Assembly (NCBI GenBank): GCA_963666285.1
Contig: OY762711.1
DNA length: 64,000 nt
Strand: one strand, 5' to 3'
DNA from: Sedimentisphaerales bacterium
Lineage (GTDB): Bacteria; Planctomycetota; Phycisphaerae; Sedimentisphaerales; SM23-30
The notes under the pieces were generated by a model. The model was given only the letters and a program-made list of their open reading frames with translations, had not been told where the DNA came from and searched no databases. Of the stretch, positions 10,501-20,384 are shown piece after piece (within the stretch, counting starts at the first letter, position 1; each line of letters starts with the position of its first letter). Both the position numbers and the translations under genes were made by a program.

Positions 10501-10572
10501 AGGACAGAAACAATAGGACCTGTAGGACGATTAGGACAATTAGGACAGTTAGGCCGGTTAGCAGTTAGCGGC
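10501..10572 (+). repeat. Degenerate 9-mer (TAGGACnnt) and 7-mer (CAGTTAG) tandem arrays
   Basis: taggacctg taggacgat taggacaat taggacagt, then gttagca gttagcg. Confidence 0.7.
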
Positions 10573-10607
10573 TGATAAAAGTAAACAATAAGTTGAAAGG
10601 TGTCATT

Positions 10608-11159
10608 ATGAAAAAATATGTTATAATGGTAATGCTAGCGTTCATGATGGTCGGATGTGAAACTACAACGTTACGGGATGTTTCGGTAATTAAACAGCAA
10701 GCACAGGCCGGCGATGTAAACGCTCAAGCGGAGATTGGATATTCGTATCAATATGGTGACGGAGTGAAAAAGGATGCCAGAGAAGCATTAAAATGGAATC
10801 TCAAAGCCGCGCGACAAGGAAACGCGATGGCTCAACATAATCTTGCTGTTATGTATGATGAAGGGGTAGATATTGCCGGGAATAAATCTGAAGCGATTAG
10901 ATGGTATCGGAAGGCGGCGGAACAAGGGCATCCAAGAGCTCAGTGTAATCTTGGGATTATGTACTGGAGAGGAGATGGGGTTGCCAAAGATATGAAAAAG
11001 GCGTGGAACCTGCTGAATACAGTTCGGATTTCGTCGACAGATCGGCAGGCGAAATGGGCTGCTCGGAATGCGTTGGATAAGATCAAGGCTGAAATAGGAG
11101 CTACCGCGGGTACTTTTAGTTATCCGAAATGGGATGATCTTCAAAAAACGATAAAATAA
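10608..11159 (+). CDS. Sel1-repeat lipoprotein
   Basis: Lipobox MVGC; three Sel1 repeats (AQxxLGxMYxxGxGV, AxxWYRKAAEQG). Confidence 0.88.
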   Translation: MKKYVIMVMLAFMMVGCETTTLRDVSVIKQQAQAGDVNAQAEIGYSYQYGDGVKKDAREALKWNLKAARQGNAMAQHNLAVMYDEGVDIAGNKSEAIRWYRKAAEQGHPRAQCNLGIMYWRGDGVAKDMKKAWNLLNTVRISSTDRQAKWAARNALDKIKAEIGATAGTFSYPKWDDLQKTIK

Positions 11160-11216
11160 TACATATCCCTTGTGGATGATTATGTCCGGTCGCATAAATG
11201 TGAGATGTAAAGATCT

Positions 11217-11292
11217 CAAACTGGCCGATGGCCAGTTTGAGAGGGATAAGGGATAAGGGGCGGCATTATAATTATGAATAATGAATGCTGAA
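11217..11292 (+). repeat. CAAACTGRC hairpin + GGGATAA heptamers, copy 1 of 4
   Basis: CAAACTGGCC-GAT-GGCCAGTTTG, then gggataa gggataa and tatgaat-type heptamers. Other copies at 16541, 26822 and 43952. Confidence 0.8.
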
Positions 11293-11370
11293 AGAAATTT
11301 CAGCTCATACTAAATTACCAGAATGTTCTGTCGCCCTTGAAAGGGGCAATTTGAAGGATAAAATGCTGAT

Positions 11371-11910
11371 ATGCAGGTAAAGTTTGAAAAAGTGCTTTTC
11401 TGGTTACTGAATTTAGTCTGGTTTATGACTTTCTTGTTGTTGATAATTCCTTCTGGGATGAAAATCCTTTGGTCAGTAGAAAGTAGTGACCCGCTAATGG
11501 AAAACTTTCTTGTTTATTGGATAGTTGGTATCGATGGAATAAACTTCTGGGGAGCGAAATATGAATATTGGCTGGTTATAGCGGGTTTGTATGCTGTGGC
11601 TCTGGTAACTAGTTTGGCTTGCAGGTGCAGGGTTGCAATCTTACTGGTCTTTAATATGTTTATCTGTATTGTTTGCCCAATGGCGTCAAAGCTATTTGGT
11701 CCTCTTATGATTGAGGCGATGAGAGAGGTAAGGTTTTATGGAGATGCTTTTGGGGCGTATTTGTGGATGTGTCTTTGTGGTATATTTATTATTACAGCTC
11801 ATCTTGTTTTTTTGATATTGTTGATGCCTGCATCGCTATTGATAGAAAAGAAAGATAAAGAGTTGGTTCCTTTGGCAGAAAACGAGTTGAAGGCGAAAGA
11901 GGAGAGTTAG
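11371..11910 (+). CDS. Hypothetical membrane protein
   Basis: About four hydrophobic segments; RBS-like GAAGGA upstream. Confidence 0.7.
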   Translation: MQVKFEKVLFWLLNLVWFMTFLLLIIPSGMKILWSVESSDPLMENFLVYWIVGIDGINFWGAKYEYWLVIAGLYAVALVTSLACRCRVAILLVFNMFICIVCPMASKLFGPLMIEAMREVRFYGDAFGAYLWMCLCGIFIITAHLVFLILLMPASLLIEKKDKELVPLAENELKAKEES

Positions 11911-12068
11911 AAGTGAGAAGCGAGGAGGGGGAAGGCGAGCTTCGCTAAATGAAAAATGAATAGTGAAGAATGAAAAGTGAAAAATTAATGTGTCCTGATG
12001 TATGTTGACATCAGGAATAATTCGCTGACGCGAGCTATTTTAAATCGGCTGCGGTGGGCTAAGAGCTA
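11911..12068 (+). repeat. Intergenic module with nested CCTGATGT/ACATCAGG hairpin
   Basis: TGAAAAA/TGAATAG heptamers and the hairpin at 11994-12015. Segment 11990-12076 closely repeats 9119-9203. Confidence 0.85.
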
Positions 12069-12773
12069 AACCACGGATAAACACCGATGCACACTGATGA
12101 AGAAAAGAGTAAAGTGTAAACAATATGTCGCTGTGCGAAGCTGTATTAAAGCGGTTGATGTTTCGCGATAAGGTTAATTTGTTTTTTTGCTGTGAGTCAA
12201 AGTGATTTAACTTTGATTTTCAAAAAGGTATGTTACTACCAGACTTCAACATAAGATATTTTATGGGATATTATGATTCTTTGCAGGATGAAAGGTGGCT
12301 TTGTGAAAATATATTGTTTGCGGAAAAAGAGAATTTTATAGTCGTGCATACGCACTCCGGCACTTTTCAGACAGAGCTGAAAAGTGAAGGTTTCGCCTGG
12401 CGGCGAGGAAGTTTTTGTTTTTGCGGGAGGGAGCAGACCCACACGTGAACGTGTGGGCTAATGAAAGAATATTTGGACAAACAGGACAATTGAGACGATT
12501 AGGAAAATGTCGTGGAGCGGCGTGCTTTGTAAAGTGAAAAACGAATAATGAAAAATGAAAAATTAAGGTGTTCCGATGTACGTTGACATCAGGAATAATT
12601 CACTATCGTCTCACGTTTTGTTTAATATTAAAGCGTTGGAGGAAGGCCCTTGCGATTTACCAGAGGCACTTCGTTATTGCAACTTAAAACTGCGAAAGTA
12701 AACTAAGTGAAGTTAAAAGAAATGTTTTTGAAACAAAACACGGCCTGTCACGGACAGGCACAGACAAACACGG
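12069..12773 (+). repeat. About 705-bp non-coding direct repeat, copy 1
   Basis: Aligns along its whole length with 22139-22842 (offset about 10070) with scattered substitutions. Confidence 0.93.
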
Positions 12774-12874
12774 ACAAAATTTGAATATATAAGAAGCAGG
12801 ACATAGAAGACAGATAGGTTGAAGCGATCAAGGATCGATTGCGATTAGAGAAGTTGGGCAGGTCGAAAAAGAAA

Positions 12875-12942
12875 GTCGTGCATGCGTACTCCGGCACTTT
12901 TCAGGCAGAGCTGAAAAGTGAAGGTTTCGACTGACGGCGAGG
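12875..12942 (+). repeat. Triple-hairpin repeat copy
   Basis: Near-identical to 12341-12408. Confidence 0.85.
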
Positions 12943-13281
12943 AAGTTTTAAGTACCAGGCATAAATAAATACAGATGCTGCCTATGGCTATGATGGGATT
13001 CGAGTACGATGACAGGGAAGGGAAAAACTAGCGGGAACCATAGAGGCAAAGAGATAAGGTTGGGAATTCATATCGGTAAAAAGAATTTGGAAGGATAATC
13101 CTGAAATTTTCTGGTTTTGTTAACTATTTGGTTTATAATGTTTTGCGGTTTACCGAAATTCACTTCGTTAGTGCAATTCATAAAATGCGAAAAATAACTG
13201 TAACATTGTCGGCAGGTCAATGTATAAGATTATAGGAAGTAAAATAATTTTACGATAAAAGTTTATGGAAAGGAATAAGTT

Positions 13282-14957
13282 ATGGGAGATATGCATTTCA
13301 AACGTAACCAGCCTATGTCATTTGGCTTGAACAAGGCAAGGTTCATCTCGATGATCCTGTTTTCCGTGATGGTGGTTGCGGTTGGTTTTGGGTTCTGGTA
13401 CTGGTTTGTCTGGCGAATCGAAGTGCCGGCGGCTCATTTTGCCAGGATGGTGAAAAAGGTCGGTAACGATATAGAAAACTCTATGGTCATCGCACCAAAT
13501 TCAGATTTTAAGGGGCCACAGGTAAATATACTCAAAGAAGGCCGTCATTTTTGAACCCGATATACTGGGATGTAAAAACGCCGGAGAAAGCGACTGTTAT
13601 CCCGGAACAATATGTCGGAATCCGGGTGAGATTATTTGGCGATGCGCTGCCGGAGAATGAATATATAGCATGGGAAAGCGACCAGAAAGGTATTTTGGCG
13701 GAGCCGCTGAACCCGGGAAGGCATTATGTTAATACATTCGAATATGAGGTTCAGCAGTACCCGATGATAAAGATCGAGCCGGGGCAGATGGGGGTAGTTA
13801 CTTTATTGAGCGGTAAAGATCCGGAAGATTCGTTTGCCTTTGTGATGAATAAAGATGAGAAAGGGGTTCAGCCGTTTCTGCTGCCGCCGGGCACACACCC
13901 GGAATACTCCAACCCATACCTGCATTATGTAACGCCCATTGATGTGCGGAGTCATAAGTTTGAATTTATTGTACTGTTTCCTTCGAAGATGGGATTTGAT
14001 GTGCGGGTTGAAGGAACGATAGAATGGGCACCGCAGCTGGATAAGCTGCCGGAGCTGTTTGTCAAGTATGTTGACGAGTCAGACCTGGAGAAATCGGGCG
14101 GGATAGACAACATTGTCAATAAGGTTATCCTGCCGGCGGCACGCGGATATTTCAGGATAGTCGGCGGTAAATACCGGGCGGTAAGCTTTATGAAAGGTGA
14201 TACCAGGGCTAAGGTTCAGAAGGATGTAGAAAACCAGCTGATAAAATTCTGCAGCTCGGAAGGTATCGAGATAAAAAGTGTAGTAATAAAAGATGCACGG
14301 CCGCCCCAGCAAATATGCGAGCAGTATGCCAGGCGTGAGATGGCGATTCGAGAGATCGATAAGTACCGCGAGCAGATCAAAATGCAGATAGGTGAAGTTG
14401 AGATGGAAGGCGGCGAGCCAAAAGTCGATAGCGACGGTAAGTTTGTATTAGATGAATACGGTCGCCAGATAATAGAAGGCGGTAAACCGATATTGGATGC
14501 ATCGGGCGACCCGGTTCGTTCCGGCGGCAGGATAGCCCAGATAATCGAGCAGCGTAAAAAGGATCGAGCCACCCGTCTGGGCGATGTAAGGAAAGAAGTG
14601 GCGTCCATGCTGCGAGAAGCCGAGGAGTACGAGCGGGTAGAAGTAACCAAAGCCCAGCAGCAGAAAGCCGTTGCCGTGATACAGCTGCAGGCGGCCCAGG
14701 ACAGAGCGTCGGCAGTTCGTGCGAAGGGTATGGCCAAAGCCGATGTAATTATCATGGAAAAAGAAGCGTATGCCGAAGGTGTACGGGCACAGGTAAACGC
14801 GTTTGGTTCGGGAGAGATGTTCGCGGAATACCAGTTAATACAGAAAATAGCTCCAGGCATAGAGAGTATATGGTCGAACACAAAAGATTCGTTTGCTTCC
14901 GATATGTTCGAACGATTCATAACAGTTTCGGAAAAAGCGGAGAAAGCCGACAAATAA
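13282..14957 (+). pseudogene. SPFH/Band-7 domain membrane protein split by a frameshift at 13548-13552 (real or sequencing error)
   Basis: ORF 13282-13554 ends in EGRHF and ORF 13551-14957 begins (L)NP. The paralogue reads GRHFLNP, and one extra T in the T5 run restores a 558-aa protein. Confidence 0.75.
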
Positions 14958-15016
14958 AACTCTATAGCCTTATAAAACCAGAATAGAATTGAATAATAAA
15001 TATCAGGAGCATTAGA

Positions 15017-16528
15017 ATGACAACAAAACATAAAATAATATCGGGAATAATAGTTTTAGTATTGATAGGCGGATTTATCGGTTATTACGGGGTCTGGACG
15101 TGGGTTGTATGCCGGGTCTACTGTGAAGAAGGTGAATCGCTAAAGATAACCCGCAAGACAGGAGCGGCAGCGCCAACTGATGCTTATGCCTCAAGTGACG
15201 CAAATCAGCAAGGTGTTCGCGAACAAATGAAAGGTCCGGGTCGACACTTTTTGAACCCGTGGACCTACGGCGTTGAACATGTAAATAATATAAAGGTGAA
15301 AGCCGGAGAGGTAGTTGTAATAAAAAACAACCTTGGAAAAGATTTGCCGGCGGGCAGATTTATCGCGGACCCGGATGAGAAAGGTACCCAGCGTAAGGTA
15401 TTGACACCGGGTATCTGGCGTATCAATCCATACGGACAGACAATTGCCAAGACGGAAAAATGTACTCTTATCAAGCCGGGATACGTTGGTGTCCAGACTT
15501 TACGAGAAGGCGATGCCAAAGGTATCCAGGATGTTGTTTTGACGCCGGGGCTGCACCCGATTAATACCCGCCTGGTCCGGCCGGATATGGTGGAGGTCGG
15601 CTACCGGGTATGGACAGTGCAGACGCAATATACGCAAGATACGATAACAACAGAAAATAAGGTTAAGAAAACTATCGAACGGCCGAAAGAAGGAACGGGA
15701 ATCTCCTTTCCGCTGGCAGATGGTAACGAGATGTTCCTTGACATAACAGTAATCTGGGGGATATATCCCAAAGAGGCGCCAAGGATTATCAGGGACTATG
15801 GAACAGTTGATATGGTGCTGGAAAAGATTATCGAGCCGCAGGTAACCAGTATATGTAAGAACCTGGGTTCAAACTATACGACTATGCAGTTTATCCGCTC
15901 GGAAAGCCGGGAAGAGTTTCAGGATTTGTTTACTGAATCGCTGATCAGTATGGGCGAGCAAAAAGGTATTCATATTTTGACAGCCCTGGTACGTCGATTC
16001 CATCCGGACCCGGAGATCAAGTCAACGATCCAGGCGACATTGCTGGCCGAAGAAGAGAAACTAACACTGGCAATTGAAAAAGACAGAGATAAAGTTGCAG
16101 CTAACCTGGAACAGGCGGTGCGAAAAGTAGATATCGCCCAGACCGACTTTGACGCAGAAACTCAGAAACTGGTAAGTGCCGAAAAACAGGAAGGTATCAA
16201 GAAGGCAGCCGAGATAAAGGAAGATGCCAACAGGAATGTCGCTTCACTGGAAAAAGAAACGGCAGAAATTGATGCGAAGGCGGTAGTCATCGCAGGCCAG
16301 GCGGAAGCGGACGTTATAAAGGCTATGAAAGTTGCTGAAGCAAAAGGTCTGAAGCTGCAGGTAGATGCTTACGGTAATGCCGATATATTTAACCTGTCAA
16401 CTTTTGCTGATATGCTGAATGAAAATATGAAGATAACATATAAGTATTCCGGTGACGGTACTCTTTGGACAGACCCGGAAACAAACCTGCAACAGACAGC
16501 GTCGAAAAAAATACTGGAAGGTAAATAA
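15017..16528 (+). CDS. SPFH/Band-7 (flotillin-like) membrane protein with N-terminal repeats
   Basis: N-terminal TM; three PG.h.iNP repeats; SPFH core (FPLADG..FLDITVIW, IIEPQVTSICK); EA-rich coiled coil ending in AEAD..A..VDAYG. Confidence 0.8.
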   Translation: MTTKHKIISGIIVLVLIGGFIGYYGVWTWVVCRVYCEEGESLKITRKTGAAAPTDAYASSDANQQGVREQMKGPGRHFLNPWTYGVEHVNNIKVKAGEVVVIKNNLGKDLPAGRFIADPDEKGTQRKVLTPGIWRINPYGQTIAKTEKCTLIKPGYVGVQTLREGDAKGIQDVVLTPGLHPINTRLVRPDMVEVGYRVWTVQTQYTQDTITTENKVKKTIERPKEGTGISFPLADGNEMFLDITVIWGIYPKEAPRIIRDYGTVDMVLEKIIEPQVTSICKNLGSNYTTMQFIRSESREEFQDLFTESLISMGEQKGIHILTALVRRFHPDPEIKSTIQATLLAEEEKLTLAIEKDRDKVAANLEQAVRKVDIAQTDFDAETQKLVSAEKQEGIKKAAEIKEDANRNVASLEKETAEIDAKAVVIAGQAEADVIKAMKVAEAKGLKLQVDAYGNADIFNLSTFADMLNENMKITYKYSGDGTLWTDPETNLQQTASKKILEGK

Positions 16529-16540
16529 AAAGAGTTTCTT

Positions 16541-16605
16541 AAACTGACCGATTGTCAGTTTGAGAGGCATAAGAGATAAGGGATAAGGGGAAGCCGTTGA
16601 GCGGC
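16541..16605 (+). repeat. CAAACTGRC hairpin + GGGATAA heptamers copy
   Basis: AAACTGAC-CGATT-GTCAGTTT, ggcataa gagataa gggataa, GCCGTTGAGCGGC. Confidence 0.8.
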
Positions 16606-16693
16606 AGGTTAAACAGGATTATTAATATACAGGCAAGCTGAGTATTGATAATAGAAAGCTTCCTGGAACATATGATATTAAGAGGTAAACCAA

Positions 16694-17269
16694 ATGAAAT
16701 TTGACAAACACAGTTTCTTAAAAAAGCGAAAGAAACTACGAGCAATAGGATTATTTTTATTTATTGCTTCTCCGATTCTATTTTTAGTGGATTGGACAAT
16801 GCCGTTTCCAACGCCGATTCGCGGAGCAGGAACAGTATACTGGATAGTAGCCTGGTTTGTCGGTATCTATATTTACCTGATGTCGCAAAAACTGCCGGTG
16901 ACAGAGGCTATCCTGGTGGCAGAAGAATCAAATGGCGAGCTCACAATTCCTTCTTTAATGAATAAAATGGGAATTGATGAAGTTAGTGCTGAAGCGATTT
17001 TGAATGCAATCGAGAAACAAGGTTTCGCGCGCAAGGAAACCAGGGGCGGCGCAACGGTATGGCTGTTTGCCGATTATATCGAAGATGAGCAGCCGCTGGA
17101 AAAAGTAATTGTCCTGGCAAAGAACCATGGCAATATATTAACAGTTGCAGATATCGTAGAAAATCTGAACCTGTCGATCGAAGAAACCGAAGGTGTGCTG
17201 AAACGGCTGGAAGAAAAAGGGTACTGTAAAAAGAATACAACCGAGGGCAGTCACGACTGGATATTTTAA
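16694..17269 (+). CDS. Membrane protein with two tandem winged-helix-like repeats
   Basis: Two TM helices followed by a duplicated unit of about 60 aa (A..nG.LT...l...l.i...e.iL..lEk.G....G...W.F). Confidence 0.65.
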   Translation: MKFDKHSFLKKRKKLRAIGLFLFIASPILFLVDWTMPFPTPIRGAGTVYWIVAWFVGIYIYLMSQKLPVTEAILVAEESNGELTIPSLMNKMGIDEVSAEAILNAIEKQGFARKETRGGATVWLFADYIEDEQPLEKVIVLAKNHGNILTVADIVENLNLSIEETEGVLKRLEEKGYCKKNTTEGSHDWIF

Positions 17270-17344
17270 CGGCGCAGGCAATCGGTGCGGTATCGCACTT
17301 TTGACTTTTCAACATTACACGCATAGGTCGTAACAGGGCCAATT

Positions 17345-17459
17345 AAGTGAAAAATCAAGGTGTTCGACTATCGTCTCACGCTTTTTTAAACATAAGCGTT
17401 GCAGTAAGGCTCTTTTAGGCGATTTACCAGAGGCACTTCGTTATTGCAACTTTAAAACT
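17345..17459 (+). repeat. Intergenic module + GCGATTTACCAGAGGCACTTCGTTATTGCAAC segment
   Basis: GTGTTC-GAC-TATC-GTC-TCAC; the downstream part matches about 12630-12690 and 22700-22760. Confidence 0.8.
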
Positions 17460-17521
17460 ACTAAGGTTAACAATCAATCAACTGACGAAAACAGCGGACC
17501 ATCCTAAAACTAATATTTTGA

Positions 17522-17549
17522 TTGACAGTTGTGGCAAATAACTTATCAT
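17522..17549 (+). promoter_or_regulatory. Candidate sigma-70 promoter for pyrR-pyrB-nadK
   Basis: TTGACA-N16-TATCAT about 100 bp upstream of pyrR. Confidence 0.45.
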
Positions 17550-17646
17550 TTTAATTAGTAAATTGATAATAAATTTCAGGCAGGGCTATTCGTTGAAGTA
17601 TACGTAAGTTATTTGTCTGGAATACTTTGTGTTAGGAAGGTAAGTT

Positions 17647-18186
17647 TTGGAAACTCTTATTGAGCCTGAAAAAGTATCAGCCTATATAGATGAGATCGCA
17701 GAAAAGGTTGTCGAGCGGTATCGCGGCAGCGATAAGGAGCCGGCCCTGGTTGGTATCCGTGCCAGGGGCAAAGTACTTGCAGAACGGCTGCACAGGAAAC
17801 TGGAAGAGCTGATGGACCGAAACCTGGAGCTGGGAACTCTTGACATTACGATGTATCGAGACGACCTGAACAAAGCCGGTTCGCAGAGCCTGCAACTGGG
17901 TGTAACTGATATCACTTTCGATATTGACGGTAAAGAAATAATACTGATAGATGATGTATTGAATACCGGTCGTTCTGTGCGTGCTGGGCTTGATGCCCTG
18001 GTGGCACTTGGCCGTCCAAAGGCTATCAGGCTGGCTGTGCTGGTTGATCGTGGAGCAAGAGAGCTGCCGATCAGTCCGGATTTTGTCGGTTTAACAGTAG
18101 AGAATGTTCCGGACAATGTAAAAGTGCAGGTATGGCTGGAAGAATTTGACGGCAAAGAAGCGGTTGTATTGATCGATAAAGAATAA
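17647..18186 (+). CDS. pyrR: PyrR pyrimidine regulator / uracil phosphoribosyltransferase
   Basis: LDITMYRDDL, LIDDVLNTGRSVRA and VLVDRGARELPI; TTG start after AGGAAGG. Confidence 0.95.
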   Translation: METLIEPEKVSAYIDEIAEKVVERYRGSDKEPALVGIRARGKVLAERLHRKLEELMDRNLELGTLDITMYRDDLNKAGSQSLQLGVTDITFDIDGKEIILIDDVLNTGRSVRAGLDALVALGRPKAIRLAVLVDRGARELPISPDFVGLTVENVPDNVKVQVWLEEFDGKEAVVLIDKE

Positions 18187-18214
18187 TCTGATCTTTTTAA
18201 TAGCAGGATGATTG

Positions 18215-19180
18215 ATGCCTAAGGCAACAGATAATAAAAATGATTTCGTATGGACCAGGAAACATTTACTCGGGCTGCGAGAATTAAGTAAGGAAGAGCT
18301 GCTCCATATATTTGAAACCGCTGATACGTTCAGTGATTTTTCCGAGCGAACAGTCAAAAAGACCCCGGTACTGAGAGGTAAACTGGTGGTGAACCTGTTC
18401 TTTGAAGACAGTACTCGTACAAGGACAAGTTTTTCGCTGGCGGCATCGCGGCTGGACGCGGATGTAATGGAATTTACGGCAAAGAGCAGCAGTTTATCCA
18501 AAGGCGAGACCTTGCGTGATACAGCCCGCAACATAGAAGCGATGGGAATTGACATTGTAGTATGCCGCCATAATGCCGGCGGAGCACCGCATTTACTATC
18601 GCAATGTATAGATGCCTGTGTAGTTAATGCCGGGGACGGCTATCATGAACATCCTACCCAGGGTCTGCTGGATTTGTACACAATCCGCGAGCAGCGAGCC
18701 AGTTTTGAAGGACTTAAAGTTGGTATTGTGGGTGATATCGCCCATTCGCGAGTAGCCCGCAGTAATATCTGGGCTTTGAACAAACTAGGCGCAGAGGTGT
18801 TTCTGGTTGGCCCCCCTACCCTGATGCCGAGCGCGGCATCAAAACTGCCGGTAACAATTTGCCACAATTTTGATGATATACTGCCGGAACTGGATGTCGT
18901 TAATATGCTGCGGATCCAGTTTGAGCGTATAAAGAGCCAGGCATTTCCATCAGTGCGTGAATATTCGCGAATGTTTGGACTTACACAAAAACGTATGACA
19001 CAGGCCAAGCCGGATATTATTGTAATGCACCCGGGACCGATTAATCGCGGCCTGGAAATTGAAAGTGCGGTGGCAGACGGGCCAAACAGTACAATCCTGA
19101 GACAGGTTTCAAACGGTGTCACAATTAGAATGGCTGTCTTGTACCTGCTTAACCAGGCAGCTGTAATGGAAAAGAGTTAA
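18215..19180 (+). CDS. pyrB: Aspartate carbamoyltransferase catalytic subunit
   Basis: FFEDSTRTRTSF, NAGDGYHEHPTQ, LRIQFER and MHPGPINRG. Confidence 0.97.
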   Translation: MPKATDNKNDFVWTRKHLLGLRELSKEELLHIFETADTFSDFSERTVKKTPVLRGKLVVNLFFEDSTRTRTSFSLAASRLDADVMEFTAKSSSLSKGETLRDTARNIEAMGIDIVVCRHNAGGAPHLLSQCIDACVVNAGDGYHEHPTQGLLDLYTIREQRASFEGLKVGIVGDIAHSRVARSNIWALNKLGAEVFLVGPPTLMPSAASKLPVTICHNFDDILPELDVVNMLRIQFERIKSQAFPSVREYSRMFGLTQKRMTQAKPDIIVMHPGPINRGLEIESAVADGPNSTILRQVSNGVTIRMAVLYLLNQAAVMEKS

Positions 19181-19271
19181 GCCAGGCCGCTTACAGCCGA
19201 AAAAATCAAAGCCGGTGACCGGGCAGATTTTTGATATTTGTTAAGGAATCGCAATAGCGCGAGTAAATCTT

Positions 19272-20132
19272 ATGGCTTGTAAAATACCATCAATAGCAAT
19301 ATATGCCAATGACAAAAAAAAGCGTGCGGTAGAAGTTGCCAAAGAACTATTGGACGGGCCGGTAGGAGAACATGCTTGTGTGGGTGAAGTTCTAACCGGC
19401 GAGCTCAAGTCTGAAACCATAAAACATTGCGGATACCTTATGGTCGTTGGCGGCGACGGCACAATCCTTTCAGCAGTCAGAATGTTAGACGGATTTCAGA
19501 TACCAATAATAGGTGTCAATGTCGGCAAGCTCGGTTTTTTAGCGCGTTTTTCGATAGATGAGCTGGTAAGCGAGTTCGATACGCTTGTTAAGGCCGGACT
19601 GAACGTAATAACAGACCATGAACTGCTGCAATGCGAGCTAAAAGGTGCGGACGGCAATGTTATTGAAAGCAGCCTGGTAGTAAATGAGGTTGCGGTAGTG
19701 GCAGGCCCACCATTCAGAATGATAGACCTGTCAGTAGAAATTGGTACTGACCATCTGTCAAATTGTGCCGGGGACGGTATGATCATATCAACACCTATCG
19801 GCTCGACGGCATATAACCTATCGGCGGGCGGCCCAATCCTGGCTTCCGGCCTGGAAACGATAGCAATAACCCCGCTAGCAGCACATTCACTCAATTTCCG
19901 CCCGGTCGTTGTCGGCAGCGACCAGCCAATCACGATCCGCTGTAACTCTCGTGATGCCAGGGTTTTAATAGACGGTCAGGTTGACATGGATATGAGTAGC
20001 GACCAGCATATTATTATTACCAGGGCAACATCTGGTTTTAAATTGGTTCAAAACCCTAAATATAGCCAGTGGCAGGTTTTAACACAAAAATTGCACTGGG
20101 GGCGTTTGCCTGACTATAATAATATAGGGTAG
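19272..20132 (+). CDS. nadK: NAD(+) kinase
   Basis: GGDGT, NE and DGMIISTPIGSTAYNLSAGGPI. Confidence 0.95.
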   Translation: MACKIPSIAIYANDKKKRAVEVAKELLDGPVGEHACVGEVLTGELKSETIKHCGYLMVVGGDGTILSAVRMLDGFQIPIIGVNVGKLGFLARFSIDELVSEFDTLVKAGLNVITDHELLQCELKGADGNVIESSLVVNEVAVVAGPPFRMIDLSVEIGTDHLSNCAGDGMIISTPIGSTAYNLSAGGPILASGLETIAITPLAAHSLNFRPVVVGSDQPITIRCNSRDARVLIDGQVDMDMSSDQHIIITRATSGFKLVQNPKYSQWQVLTQKLHWGRLPDYNNIG

Positions 20133-20384
20133 AATTAATAAGAGCCCTGTTATATTTTGAAAAGTAACGAGAGGCAGAAACAGGCAGAGCTGGTATAAAC
20201 CTGCATTGCAAGTTATTGAACTGAATGAAGTTGAGCGTATTTTTTGATATTATTTTATTACGTATAAATGAAGTATGCAGGGATATCAGCCGAAAAAAGA
20301 TATATAAGCCTTTTTGTACAATCAACATATAGCCCAGGCAGATAATTGTGCAGAAAAGATATGAATTGACCCGCATCGGAAAGT

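Noticed and set aside
12230..12448. 72-aa ORF, its twin at 22299-22517 and their antisense ORFs
   Set aside because: They run through hairpin repeats, have no recognisable domain and are duplicated only as part of the 705-bp repeat.
9004..12942. Repeat clusters as a CRISPR array
   Set aside because: No constant repeat with regular unique spacers and no cas genes.
17460..17646. PyrR attenuator upstream of pyrR
   Set aside because: I could not see a PyrR binding-loop consensus or a terminator/antiterminator pair.
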